From Phoronis australis (lineage: Eukaryota > Animalia > Phoronida), in NCBI GenBank assembly GCA_002633005.1, contig NMRA01000005.1, positions 2,017,739-2,081,738 on the forward strand: a stretch of DNA of 64,000 nt, read 5' to 3'. The position numbers were made by a program, and so were the translations under genes. The notes under the pieces are model-generated. The model saw nothing but the letters and a program-made list of their open reading frames with translations, was not told the origin of the DNA and searched no databases. This document shows positions 48,063-59,700 of this stretch, one piece after another; the first letter of the stretch is position 1, and every line of letters starts with the position of its first letter.

Positions 48063-51000
48063 AATGTATTCAAGTGCTCATCGTGTACAACTACTTCGAG
48101 CCCTGGTAGTTGGTTGGACTGTCTTTGGTCGAATTAAGTCACATTATACTGAAACAAGAAAAGCAGATTCGGTATACTTGGGACTAACAACATTTGTGCC
48201 CCCAAACAAACTCTATTACTTGGAAGCATTGACTGATAACTAATGATGATATGAAATTCCATTCCCTGCTGTATTTAGAGGGTTTACTCTGGCGTGTATG
48301 GCGTGTAAATGATTGCAATTTAGGTTTTGTAACCGGTACCTGCATTTTTTACCCTCTTGATTAGACCCTGCGTCATCTTTTGAGAGTGAGAGTAGGTTTT
48401 CCGCGCATGCCCAGTCTAAGTTTCCTGTTTTAACGTCAATGTGAACAGCCAAGTGAAGTTCGATTGCATCTGCTTTTTAAGCGTTTACTTTGCCTTGCTC
48501 CTCGCCCAATAGGATTACAAAGCAACAAAATTTGTTGCTAATTCTAAAAACTTATAATGAAGTTAAACCAATTTCGACAATTTGTTGTGACGTGTACGCA
48601 ACCTTGTGAAAGAACAGCAGTTTATTGAAGAATCGGCGAAAAAAGAAACAAGTCAATAGGTGACGCAATATTTCATAGCGCCGAAAGCCGACGCAAAAAA
48701 TTGCACCACAGTTTTAGCATCAAAATGACGTTAGAACGCAATTTTTTCCAACACCGGTAAATAATTTAGTTTACCCAAAGAAGAGTATAGTTGACAGTTA
48801 TTTTGTGTCAGATTTTATCTGGTCAGTTTTTTACCCATATCGGCGCTTTGCAGCAAGACTAGGTTTGATGTTGAGCCTGTATGGATAGTATCGCCCTTTT
48901 TGTCGATGTAATTTCAGTCTACTTCCCGTCGTCGGTTATGTCGGTATTTCTTTCCTCCCTATGATTTGCTTGTGAGGTAACGCGTCGTGTGCAATTGTTC
49001 ACGTTTTCAGTGCGTTTAGTCTAGTTTGAGTAGCCTTTGCGTCAGTAGGTACCGTGTTTTGCAAGGGTCTAGTCTGCTGTAGTTTCTTGTCGTCTCAATA
49101 GATGGCGATGTCGGTAGTGTCGTTTGCGTGTCCGTAGAACTTCGGTTGTTTTGAAGACCTTTGGCGCAGTTTTGACATCGTGATTAAGTAACGATTGTCA
49201 CTTATTTTGGTGACTTCTTGCACATTAGTATGGACCGTATATTAACGTAGTTTTGTTGTTTTCTCTACTCCAGTTTCTTATAATGTGACCATGAGTGAAA
49301 ACGAACGTCAACGATTTTAACAAGTAAACTAAATACCGTGATCATCAATGATAAAGGTTGATCAAACTTAACATTTCCCTATTTCATAACACCCAGCCAA
49401 TTAACTGTTAACAATCAAACGGGTGAAGTCCGAGCCTGATGCTACATGTCCGTGGAACTTTTTGAGAAGGCATGATAGGACGTCGGATCAGAAGACACTC
49501 CGGACATTCTTCGTCCAAACATTGAACCATTGATCGTAATTTAGACAAAATTTGGCGTAAATATATGATTCAGATGTTCATTCACTGCAGCTGTGTTGAC
49601 CACGTCTGTCCTATCGTTTTAAAACCCCCACACATTAGTCAGACGTTGGCGTTTTTTAAAAATGTATATATTAATCACTATCATAACCTTGACACAGATA
49701 CACATCAGTTAATCCTTGTGGGAAAACACACTTATAATCCAACGTCTGACACTCTAAAGGACTGACTTCCTCATACGAATTGTGGATTCTTTTACAGTTC
49801 ACACGATTAAATCCTCCACTGCCTTCATCATTTTTATAGTTCACAAAATATAGCTGCACCTGCAGTCTCGGTACTCTAATGGCGGTTCCGTGAAATATCA
49901 GAATTGTCACAAAAATAAAATTTCATGGAAACATGAATATTTCACGCTTCCTCTTAAAATGCAAAGATATGGTACCCGGTGAGTTCAACAAAAAGTTAGA
50001 GGATGGGTCTGTTGTGTTTTTGAAATGTGCAATATCATTACTATCACTTTCATAAGCTGAACTGACCTCGTTTTTGCTATCAGAAATGTGTCATCATGAT
50101 GCGCAGATTCCTTCTGACCGCAAACCCGTTATCTATTCTGAAAATAAAATTGTCGTGTAAGGTCTACCACATGTACCCGACCGTTTACAAATACACTTAA
50201 CGCAGACAAAGTGTTAAACGCTTTAAACAAAATGGAGGACAAAACACAACTGCACACGAAGGCTACAAGAAGGATTTTTTTTTTAGTTTACATTGCCTTG
50301 TATTATAGACGACTATTCTGGGCCATTGTTATTTCTGTTTTACACGTAAAGTGTGGGCTACAGTTAGATGGAGAAAATTTCGATTTGGATGTGTCACCAA
50401 AACAAACCGGGTCGCAGGTAGCGGGGGACTAGGGGCAGGTGCCACCAATAATTGAAGGCGTCAGGGCTAAACCTAACCAGACAGCCTCTGCATGGATCCG
50501 AAACTATCGACAAACTATTTGTAGGGCTTTGAACCAAGGCAAGTCTAAACCGTGACAAACAGCATAGGCGTGGGTGCGGGTAGTTGAGAAAAAAATTAGA
50601 CAGCGAAAGACGTAGAAGGGAGAAAATTTAGGAGAACATTTGCCAACTACCAGTGCTTGATTTATCCTTTGGGGGCCGTAGCAATGACACGGTTGTTAGG
50701 GGATCCATTTTTGCTGCATAAGTCATCTTCACCCACAACTTTTGCAGGGTATATTAATTCACTGGTTTTTAAAATCAATAACACAATTTTAGGGAAGGCA
50801 AAACTGTTACACATTTCTACAGGGACCCCTCCCTAGCAAGGGAAAATGGGGTCATACATTACTCCCCCACTTTTTGTTTTTTTCTCAAAATTATTTTTCA
50901 GATAGCACCAATTGCTGCTCATTTCATGATGATAAAATCTCCAATGTTTTTCCCATAAATGTAGTATCTTACGAAAGGCACTTCTTTTGAAGATCTTATT

Positions 51001-53278
51001 AGGAATTGTTTGTAAGGAACCCGCACTTGTCGGACAGACTGAACTCAACAAGGTACTCAAAGACTCAATCATTGGTGATCTTAAATAATCAGTGATTTTT
51101 AGAATTCAAGATTAACAGATAAACCGGCGTTATAGCTACCAGCTCTGACTAAACACTAATACATCCAGTGCTGTAGTGGGGCGTAGACGCGCGTAGGCGC
51201 AGCCAACCACCTTTTGACATTTAAACGTAGCGCCTACGTACAGTAAGTTACATTATGGTGGGGCGTAGGCGCAGCCAACCATCAAGTTTGTCTAAGGCCA
51301 CCAGAAACTGGGTTACCGTTTTAACGAGGGTACTTCACTCTTTCAAAGTATTCTTCCAAACCATGACAATAATAAAATGAACTTCCCTCAAACTGGGCCA
51401 TGATAACATGGATCGTGACCTTAGGGCCATCGCAAACGGATACGATGTAGGTACGAGCCCGAGCTGCCGTCTCAAATGAGTCACAGATAAGTTGACCTGA
51501 ATTATGTATCCAATTATCAGTCAACTGAGGGGTAACTTTTCAAAGGTGCTGTAAACCCACGCCTTCTGCCACACAAAAAAAAAAGATTTTTGTCGCTTAC
51601 CGATACAGAAAACGGTGTCACAACTTTGAAACAATTACAGGTCGTTAGCGCTTCAGATCTCGCTTATATTATGTATTACTGTTGCCTATCACGCCCTCAA
51701 CGAGGTTTACTCCGTCTATGAAGCAGTACGACTGTCTCGGGCATTTCCAATTCATTTCATTAAGTTTTAATTAAGTTAAAAAGTATGAAATTACATGACC
51801 TTGCGAAGTACGTGATTGGTAGGGGCTTTAACTACAGAAGCTCCCAATAAGGTCCGTCAAAATATTATCTAGTCTGACTCCCTTTGCCATTGCCACGGCC
51901 AAGTTCACTTTCTACTTATAGCAAATCTGTCTTGTAGGTTATGTGAATTTCAATTCACGTTTGCAGAACTAACGCGACAGTGCCGCCTTCGAGCAATCAC
52001 CCAACGTATGAATGTACCTAGATTTACGACCTTCATTTGCAAAAAGCTTTCCACGCAATTCGAGCCTAAAGAGCACTACCATCCCAAGTCCATGGCTGGG
52101 GTAGCTGGATTTAGTTGAGCCTTCTTTCTGTCCTAGTTTATACATCATTTAAACTGAGAATGTGAGTAGTTCAAGCAAATACTAAGAAATCGATGACATG
52201 GATCGGGGACTAGCAGAAGTGAAATTGGCACGCTTAAACAAAATAAATACCCGTATGAGACACTATACCGTAGCTAGAAGTTCGACAACTAAGTCAATAT
52301 AATTTCCAAATACGTGGGTTTTGTTCACACACTATAAAACTATGTATTTGAAATAGTGCGATTCCGTTTGCATCAACAGTTGTACGGTAATTATATTTAA
52401 AGTATGCATTCATGGGCATATTCTTTACTCAACGTTTTGGAGGACGCTTCCAAACCATGCGCATCCGCCGTGACCATGCGTATTAGGCCTAATAGGCCTA
52501 CTACCGACTGGAGAGCCGCCACCAGAGTGAAGTGAGAGTTTACAATACTTCCCTACCACGCTCCTATTATGTTAATATTCGATTTCAATTTATCATTAGT
52601 ACCTTCAGTTAATATTTACTTATGTAGTGAGAAGAACCGTGACCAAACTTTGCAGCTCTCTGATAATGCTCACTGTTAGTGTTCTGAACTAATTGTTCTC
52701 GTGTACTGCATGCTCGACGTATGGTGCCGCCGTGAAACGAATGCAAACAACTTGCAGAACGGCTAAACGCTCAAAAACTTCATTGGGAGACGGATTGAAG
52801 CTTCTTGCAACGAATAGAACTATCATCGAATTCAAAGCAACGGGTAAGGCGAAATTCCTGGGCGAAGTACAGAGAAAGTCAAAATGTTCTTGATAGTTCG
52901 TATACGCTGGGTCAACATGGCAGTATGGCAGCGGCATCTCGAGGAATCGGATAGGTATATAGAAGAGGCAACTTTGACCAAAATATGGGTCGAATATTAT
53001 ATCGTCGCTGGATTCCTACTCAAAACCAGGATGGCCATAAAAACAAACACTTACCAGCTCGTGGTACGTGCACCTTGTTTTACAAACTTTCCGTTGCTAC
53101 GCAAGACAACCAACACCGGTGGACATAAATATTGTATGACGCATGTCACATGGGTGACCTAGCGTCTCTTGATAGTCAAGCTATATTTCTATAAATATCC
53201 TTTCGGAAGTTCTCGGGATTTCCCACGTCGTGTTTAGGTTATTTGCTGGAATTGCCGTAGGGCCAAAATTAGAGTATA

Positions 53279-53412
53279 CGCTGAAGGATTTAGAGGGGGG
53301 CCAAGGGGGCCATGCCCCCCCCAAATTGGGGAGTGCCAATGTCTCACAGGCAAAATCCTGGCTACTACTCTGCCCTGCCCCCCCCCAATTCAAAATCCTG
53401 GATCCGCCCATG
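53279..53412. mobile_element. Short MITE with 5-bp TSD GTATA (second copy 59400-59560)
   Basis: Ends ctggatccgcccatg, with gtata on both flanks. It is absent at the paralogous site near 38080. Confidence 0.75.
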
Positions 53413-53838
53413 GTATAGATAAGGTAATTGAAAGTTCTTCAAAGGCTCCTGGATTTTATGCTACGTGATCACGCTCATGGGTGACGGTGTCAACACTGGT
53501 TTGATTTATTAATAACAAGCTAGCAAGTAAATACAACATTGAAGATAGACCCTAGGAAGTATAACATAATTTCCAGACGAATTAAAATGCATATTGAAAT
53601 CTAGCCTACATGAACATGCTTAATCGTCCAAAAGCCGCAATTCGTGAAGGGGACATTGTTCGGGTGGAATCTGGCGGTTTTCCAAACAAATGCTATTGAT
53701 GGACCCATGGAAACCAAATATGTTAAAGCACCTGATTGAGCGGGCTAATTTATAATAGGAAAAAAACGTGAACAATGCCACTGTGTTGGATAATTTAAAT
53801 ACACGTTGATCATTGTTCAGCCGTTGTCACTCGTGAAN

Positions 53839-55587
53839 GGCGGGCGCCGTGGTCTGGTCGCAAGTCCGTTTGAAGACACACTCACTCACATTGAGAAAGT
53901 GACCGCATTCGCGCAAAGTGTACAGTACCAGAAATTGCGGGGAGGCTGTTCTTTCACAACAAAGTCTTGCGGGACTCGTGCGATGTTCAATAGGCCTCCT
54001 ATGGAGCCCTAGTTCCGACCTCAACATCTACCGTCTGTCTACGTGCAATAAGCACACTGCCGTCTTCTATACTGGAAATTTCCGCAGAAAGGCTCACCCG
54101 ATGAAACGCTCATGCCTATGGGCATTTATTTGATATTAGTACTTCGGGTTTCAAGCGTTCAGACATTGGGACGTTTATTTCAAAATTGCAAGAGATGCAA
54201 ATAGGTCCTGGGATGCTTCGTCAAGGTTTGAAGCAGTCCATGATGAACGGATCAAATTTAGTTGCGCATGTAAGTCTTTTGAATGGACTTGGCAACCTCA
54301 AGGGTCTTAGTGCCAACTGAACTGCGAAACGAGATGCTGACATTGTAGAGGCTTAAAAGCTCATTGACACAGCAGTTGACGAAGTGCAAGCGTTGGGAAC
54401 AAACATCGCAGATATCTGGGTAGAATGGTTCCAAGACGAGGAAATCATTGGATCCGATATACAAATTCCTCAGCAGTCTAGATAACAGAAGGATAGGACT
54501 AACGTATGAGTAACCACTGGGGATTGAAATTTTAGAGAGAAGTTTTCAATTCAAATTTTTTTGCATAGTACACTTTAGGTCTCGCGTTGGACCAGGCCAG
54601 CTTGATTTGTGTAGATGTTGAGTTTCAGTGTACTTCTGGTCCCCCGGCGAACTAGTCTTGTGATTTTTTTTACCAAAGTGTGCTTTGTAAAACTATTTAT
54701 CTCAGCCAGTACTGTTTGGTCCCGCGACAGATCGACTATTTTTATAGGGATAATAAGCACAGGTGTACTCTTGGTCTCGTGACGGACTAGGTCAGCTTTT
54801 TGTGTACTCTCAGTGTACATCTGGTCCCTCTGCAAACTAGTCCAGTGTATCTTTTCACCACTGTTCTGGATGTTTTGGTTTCGTGAAACTGTTTTCAGAT
54901 AATTTGTTTCCTGATAGATTTGACGTTTTTCAATTGTTGTCAACGTGATTCAGCTTAATAAAGTGATACCTAATTATTTATTGTCGCTTTTGATAATAGA
55001 CTATGAGAGTTGAGAGCACCATCGTTCGCCAGTTTTTCTCGCAACGAGACAGAACACATGTTTATTTCCGGACTAACAGTACAGGTCTTCGTTCTTAAAC
55101 AACTTGAGGCTGCTGTTACGCGATCATCTGTTATTCAAGTTTTTACGCCCCGTCGGTGCTCCTTAATTATGCTCTTGAATATTTGGAAATTGTCTAAACC
55201 CCTGTATACACACCACACTTTTTCGTATACGACTTTTCGCATGCTAAAAAGGTGTGTGTAAGCAGATGTTCCAACAAAAAGTTTTGCTGGTGGCGTGACT
55301 CATACCCAGTTGTGCACAATATGGTTCCACGAAACATGTGCCAAATTCATGTGGCGAAATCGAGAAGGGTTTTTAATTATCTTAAGAAAATTTCCAGAGA
55401 CATGTTAAGTGCCAGAAACTTACCAGGATGCATGGAAAGTTCACTATTTGGCATCAAAAACAAAAAAATTTCTTACACGGGAGGGGAAACCCCCTCCCGA
55501 CCTCCCCCCGCTCGGCGCCACGCGCCTAGGATTCGACCTTGGCGAGAATCCTGAACCCCCCTTGCTGAAAACGTAGATCCGCCACTG
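53839..55587 (+). mobile_element. Decayed hAT transposon (ZMYM1/THAP12-like transposase relic) with right terminus
   Basis: About 54280-54510 reads LLNGLGNLKGLSA/KRDADIVEA*KLIDTAVDEVQALGTNIADIWVEWFQ...IGSDIQIPQQSR*QKDRTNV, resembling the region before the dimerisation domain of these hAT transposases. It ends in cgtagatccgccactg. Confidence 0.7.
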
Positions 55588-55910
55588 ATGGGGTCATACA
55601 TTACTCCCCACATTTTGTTTTTTCTCAAATTGTTTTTCAGATAGCACCAATTGCTGCTCATTTCATGATGATAAAATCTCCATTGTTTTTCCCATAAATG
55701 TAGTATCTTACGAAAGGCACTTCTTTTGAAGATCTTACTAGGAATTGTTTGTAAGGAACCCACACATGTCGGACAGACTGAACTCAACAAGGTACTCAAA
55801 GGCTCAAAATACTGCATCATTAGTGATCTTAAATAATCAGTGATTTTTAGAATTCAAGTTTAACAGATAAACCGTTATAGCTACCAGCTCTGACTAAACA
55901 CTAATACATC

Positions 55911-56784
55911 CAGTGCTGTAGTGGGGCGTAGGCGCAGCCAACCACCTTTTGACATTTAAACGTAGCGCCTACGTACAGTGAGCTACATTTTATGGTGGAG
56001 CGTAGGCGCAGCCAACCATCTTTTTACATTTTTACATCTTAACGTAGCGCTTACGCACAGTAAGTGACGGTATAGTGGGGCGAAGTTTTGATGCAGTAGT
56101 GAACGGAATCGTTGCACTGCTGCGCTGACGACAGCAATGTTGCCGAATACTCCGGCGCACGTGACCATACGTCCTAGACAATTGATTCAAAAAGTTGCGA
56201 ACTTGGAGTGGCATTGACTTGACGATGCTGAGCAGTCGTTTTGCTCTATTCTGGGCATCTTGGACCCCATAGTATCCAGGACAAAGCATCTACTTGTGTA
56301 ACGTCGTGTTTGTGTAATTAGTCTCTGAACTGTACGATCAGTAGGAAACACATGTTCACCGAGTAATGAAATTTTAGATTAATATTTCAAGATAAAGTAG
56401 CAATAATTATGGTGTCATATAGACAGATATAGGGCCGAGGACCGAAGGGCCCGAGAACACACCCCTCAGTGGACTAAAAACGCCGCCAGCATATCGTTTC
56501 TGGGCGTTACGCGCCTATTTTCATTTAAAATTATGTTCCCCCCATTTAGAGACCGCTTGGAATGCATGCGGACCTTTGCCTTCCTATGTGGTTCGGCTCC
56601 CGCTTCCTGCGACATCCAAGATTCGTCACTGCAGACACGAAGTAAATACCCACTCTTGACTAAAAAAATGGCCTGAACGTTAGTGAGTCAGGTTTTGCGA
56701 ACTCAATGCACTTTTAAAATTCAATACTCAATGTGATACGGTGGGCATTGGCTACTTACAACTAATTTTACCACTACAGCACTG
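55911..56784. mobile_element. Non-autonomous hAT-like element with internal tandem repeats
   Basis: Perfect 14-bp TIR CAGTGCTGTAGTGG / CCACTACAGCACTG. Degenerate 8-bp TSD aatacatc / aataaatg. Subterminal repeats of gcgtaggcgcagccaacca. The left part is also present at about 51166-51283. Confidence 0.8.
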
Positions 56785-59700
56785 AATAAATGTGACACAT
56801 TTCTTGGTAATCTCGTCTCCCATATACTCCCGGTTGCCCGTCAGGAATCTGCGAGCGTACCTTTGGGCTGATTCATAGACGATTTCATGCTAATCAGAAA
56901 CTTATCTTGTGATAACTTATTAAACTTCAGCGAACTTAGTTGCAGGCTGAAGTTGGGAAAATCTCTACCATCTGACGATAGTTGCCTATCTAAAGTCGAA
57001 CTCTCATTGATAATGATGAAATTCAGACAGTTCTACAGGGCGTCCTTAAAATGTACAACAGTTCAATTATTAATTGACTTAGGGACAAAATTGATGGCTT
57101 AAATTCATAAACAGGGGATTAAAAAGGAAATACGTCATCAAATTAAACTCATTGCTTATTAACTTTAGAAGATTAATTGTCTAGTTTGCCTTCCTTGGTG
57201 TTTTTTAGATTGGAGCACGGTATTTTGCAGTAGACGCTCGTTCTCCAAACTCATGTGTCGTTTGTTTGCTATTCCCAGGCATATAAAGCACGTGATGGCT
57301 CACGCACTAACAAGGTGTAACCAAACAGTAGGCTCGGGCGCAGAATCTGGTCCGCGGGAACTGAATTTGAACACCGTGAACACTAGTTCATTTTGGGACA
57401 GCCTGTATTTTTTCAGGATCATTCAAGTTTGTCTAAGACCATCAGAAACTGGGTTACCGTTTTAACGAGGGTACTTCACCCTTTCAAAGTTTTCTTCCAA
57501 ACCATGACAATAATAAAATGAACTTCCCTCAAGCAGGGCCATGATAACATGGATCGTGACCTTAGGGCCATCGCAAACGGATACATAGGTACGAGCCCGA
57601 GCTGCCGTCTCAAATGAGTCACAGATAAGTTGACCTGAATTACGTATCCAATTATCAGTCAAGTGAGGGGTAACTTTTCAAAGGTGCTGTAAACCTACGC
57701 CTTCTGCCACACAAAATAGATTTTTGTCGCTTACCGATACAAAAAACGGTGTCACAACTTTGAAACAATTACAGGTCGTTAGCGCTTCAGATCTCGCCTT
57801 TATTATGTATTACTGTTGCCTATCACGCCCTCAACGAGGTTTACTCAGTCTATGAAGCAGTACGTCTGTCTCGGGCATTTCCAATTCATTTCATTAAGTT
57901 TAAATTAAGTTAAAAATTATGAAATTACATGACCTTGCGAAGAACGTGATCGGTAGGGGCTTTAACTACAGAAACTCCCAATAAGGTTCGTCAAAATATT
58001 ATCTAGTCTGACTCCTTTTGCCATTGCCACGGCCAAGTTCACTTTGTACTTATAGCAAATCTGTCTTGTAGGTTATGTGAATTTAAATTCACGTTTGCAG
58101 AACTAACGCGACAGTGCCGGCTTCGAGCAATCACCCAACGTATGAATGTACCTAGATTTACGACCTTCATTTGCAAAAAGCTTTCCACGCAATTCGAGCC
58201 TAAAGAGCACTACCATCCCAAGTCCATGGCTGGGGTAGCTGGATTTAGTTGAGCCTTCTTTCTTTCCTAGTTTATACATCATTTAAACTGAGAAAGTGAG
58301 TAGTTCAAGCAAATACTAAGAAATCGATGACATGGATCGGGGACTAGCAGAAGTGAAACTGGCACGCTTAAACAAAATAAATACCCGTATGAGACACTAT
58401 ACCGTAGCTAGAAGTTCGACAACTAAGTCAATATCATTTCCAAATACGTGGGTTTTGTTCACACACTCTAAAACTATGTATTTGAAATAGTGCGATTCCG
58501 TTTGCATCAACAGTTGTACGGTAATTATATTTAAAGTATGCATTCATGGGCATATTCTTTACTCAACGTTTTGAAGGACGCTTCCAAACCATGCGCATCC
58601 GCCGTGACCATGCGTATTAGGCCTAATACTACCGACTGAAGAGCCGCCACCAGAGAGAAGTGAGAGTTTACAACACTTCCCTACAACACTCCTATTATGT
58701 TAATATTCGATTTCAATTTATCTTTAGTGCCTTCAGTTAATATTTACTAATGTAGTGAGAAGAACCGTGACCAAACTTTGCTGCTCTCTCATAATGCTCA
58801 CTGTTAGTGTGCTGAACTAATTGTTCTCGTGTATTGCATGCTCGACGTATGGTGCCGCCGTGAAACGAACGCAAACAACTTGCAAAACGGCTAAACGCTC
58901 AAAAACTTCATTGGGAGACGGATTGAAGCTTCTTGCAACCAATAGAACTATCATCGAATTCAAAGCAACGGGTAAGGCGAAATTTCTGGGCGAAGTACAG
59001 AGAAAGTCCAAATGTTCTTGATAGTTCGTATACGCTGGGTCAACATGGCAGTATGGCAGCGGCATCTCGAGGTAACGGATAGGTATATAGAGGAGGCAAC
59101 TTTGACAAAAATATAGGTCGAATATTATATCGTCGCTGGATTCCTACTCAAAACCAGGATGGTCATAAAAACAAACACTTACCAGCTCGTGGTACGTGCA
59201 CCTTGTTTTACAAACTTTCCGTTGCGACGCAAGACAACTAACACCGGTGGACATAAATATTGTATGGCGCATGTCACATGGGTGACCTAGCGTCTCTCAA
59301 GCTATATTTCTATAAATATCCTTTCGGAAGTTCTCAGGATTTCCCACATCGTGTTTAGGTTATTTGCTGGAATTGCCGTAGGGCCAAAATTACAGTATAC
59401 ACTGGTGGGTTTAGAGGGGGGCCAAAGGGGCCATGCCCCCTCTAAAATTCTCCAAGATTCCATTGGGCAATTGGGGAGTGCCAATGTCTCACAGGTAAAA
59501 TCCTGGCTACTACTCTGCCCTGCCCCCCCCCCCTAACTCAAAATCCTGGATCCGCCCATGGTATAGATAAGGTAATTGAAAGTTCTTCAAAGGCTCCTGG
59601 ATTTTATGCTACGTGATCACGCTCATGGGTGACGATGTCGACACTGATTTGATTTATTAATAACAAGCCAGCAAGTAAATACAACAATGAAGATAGACCC

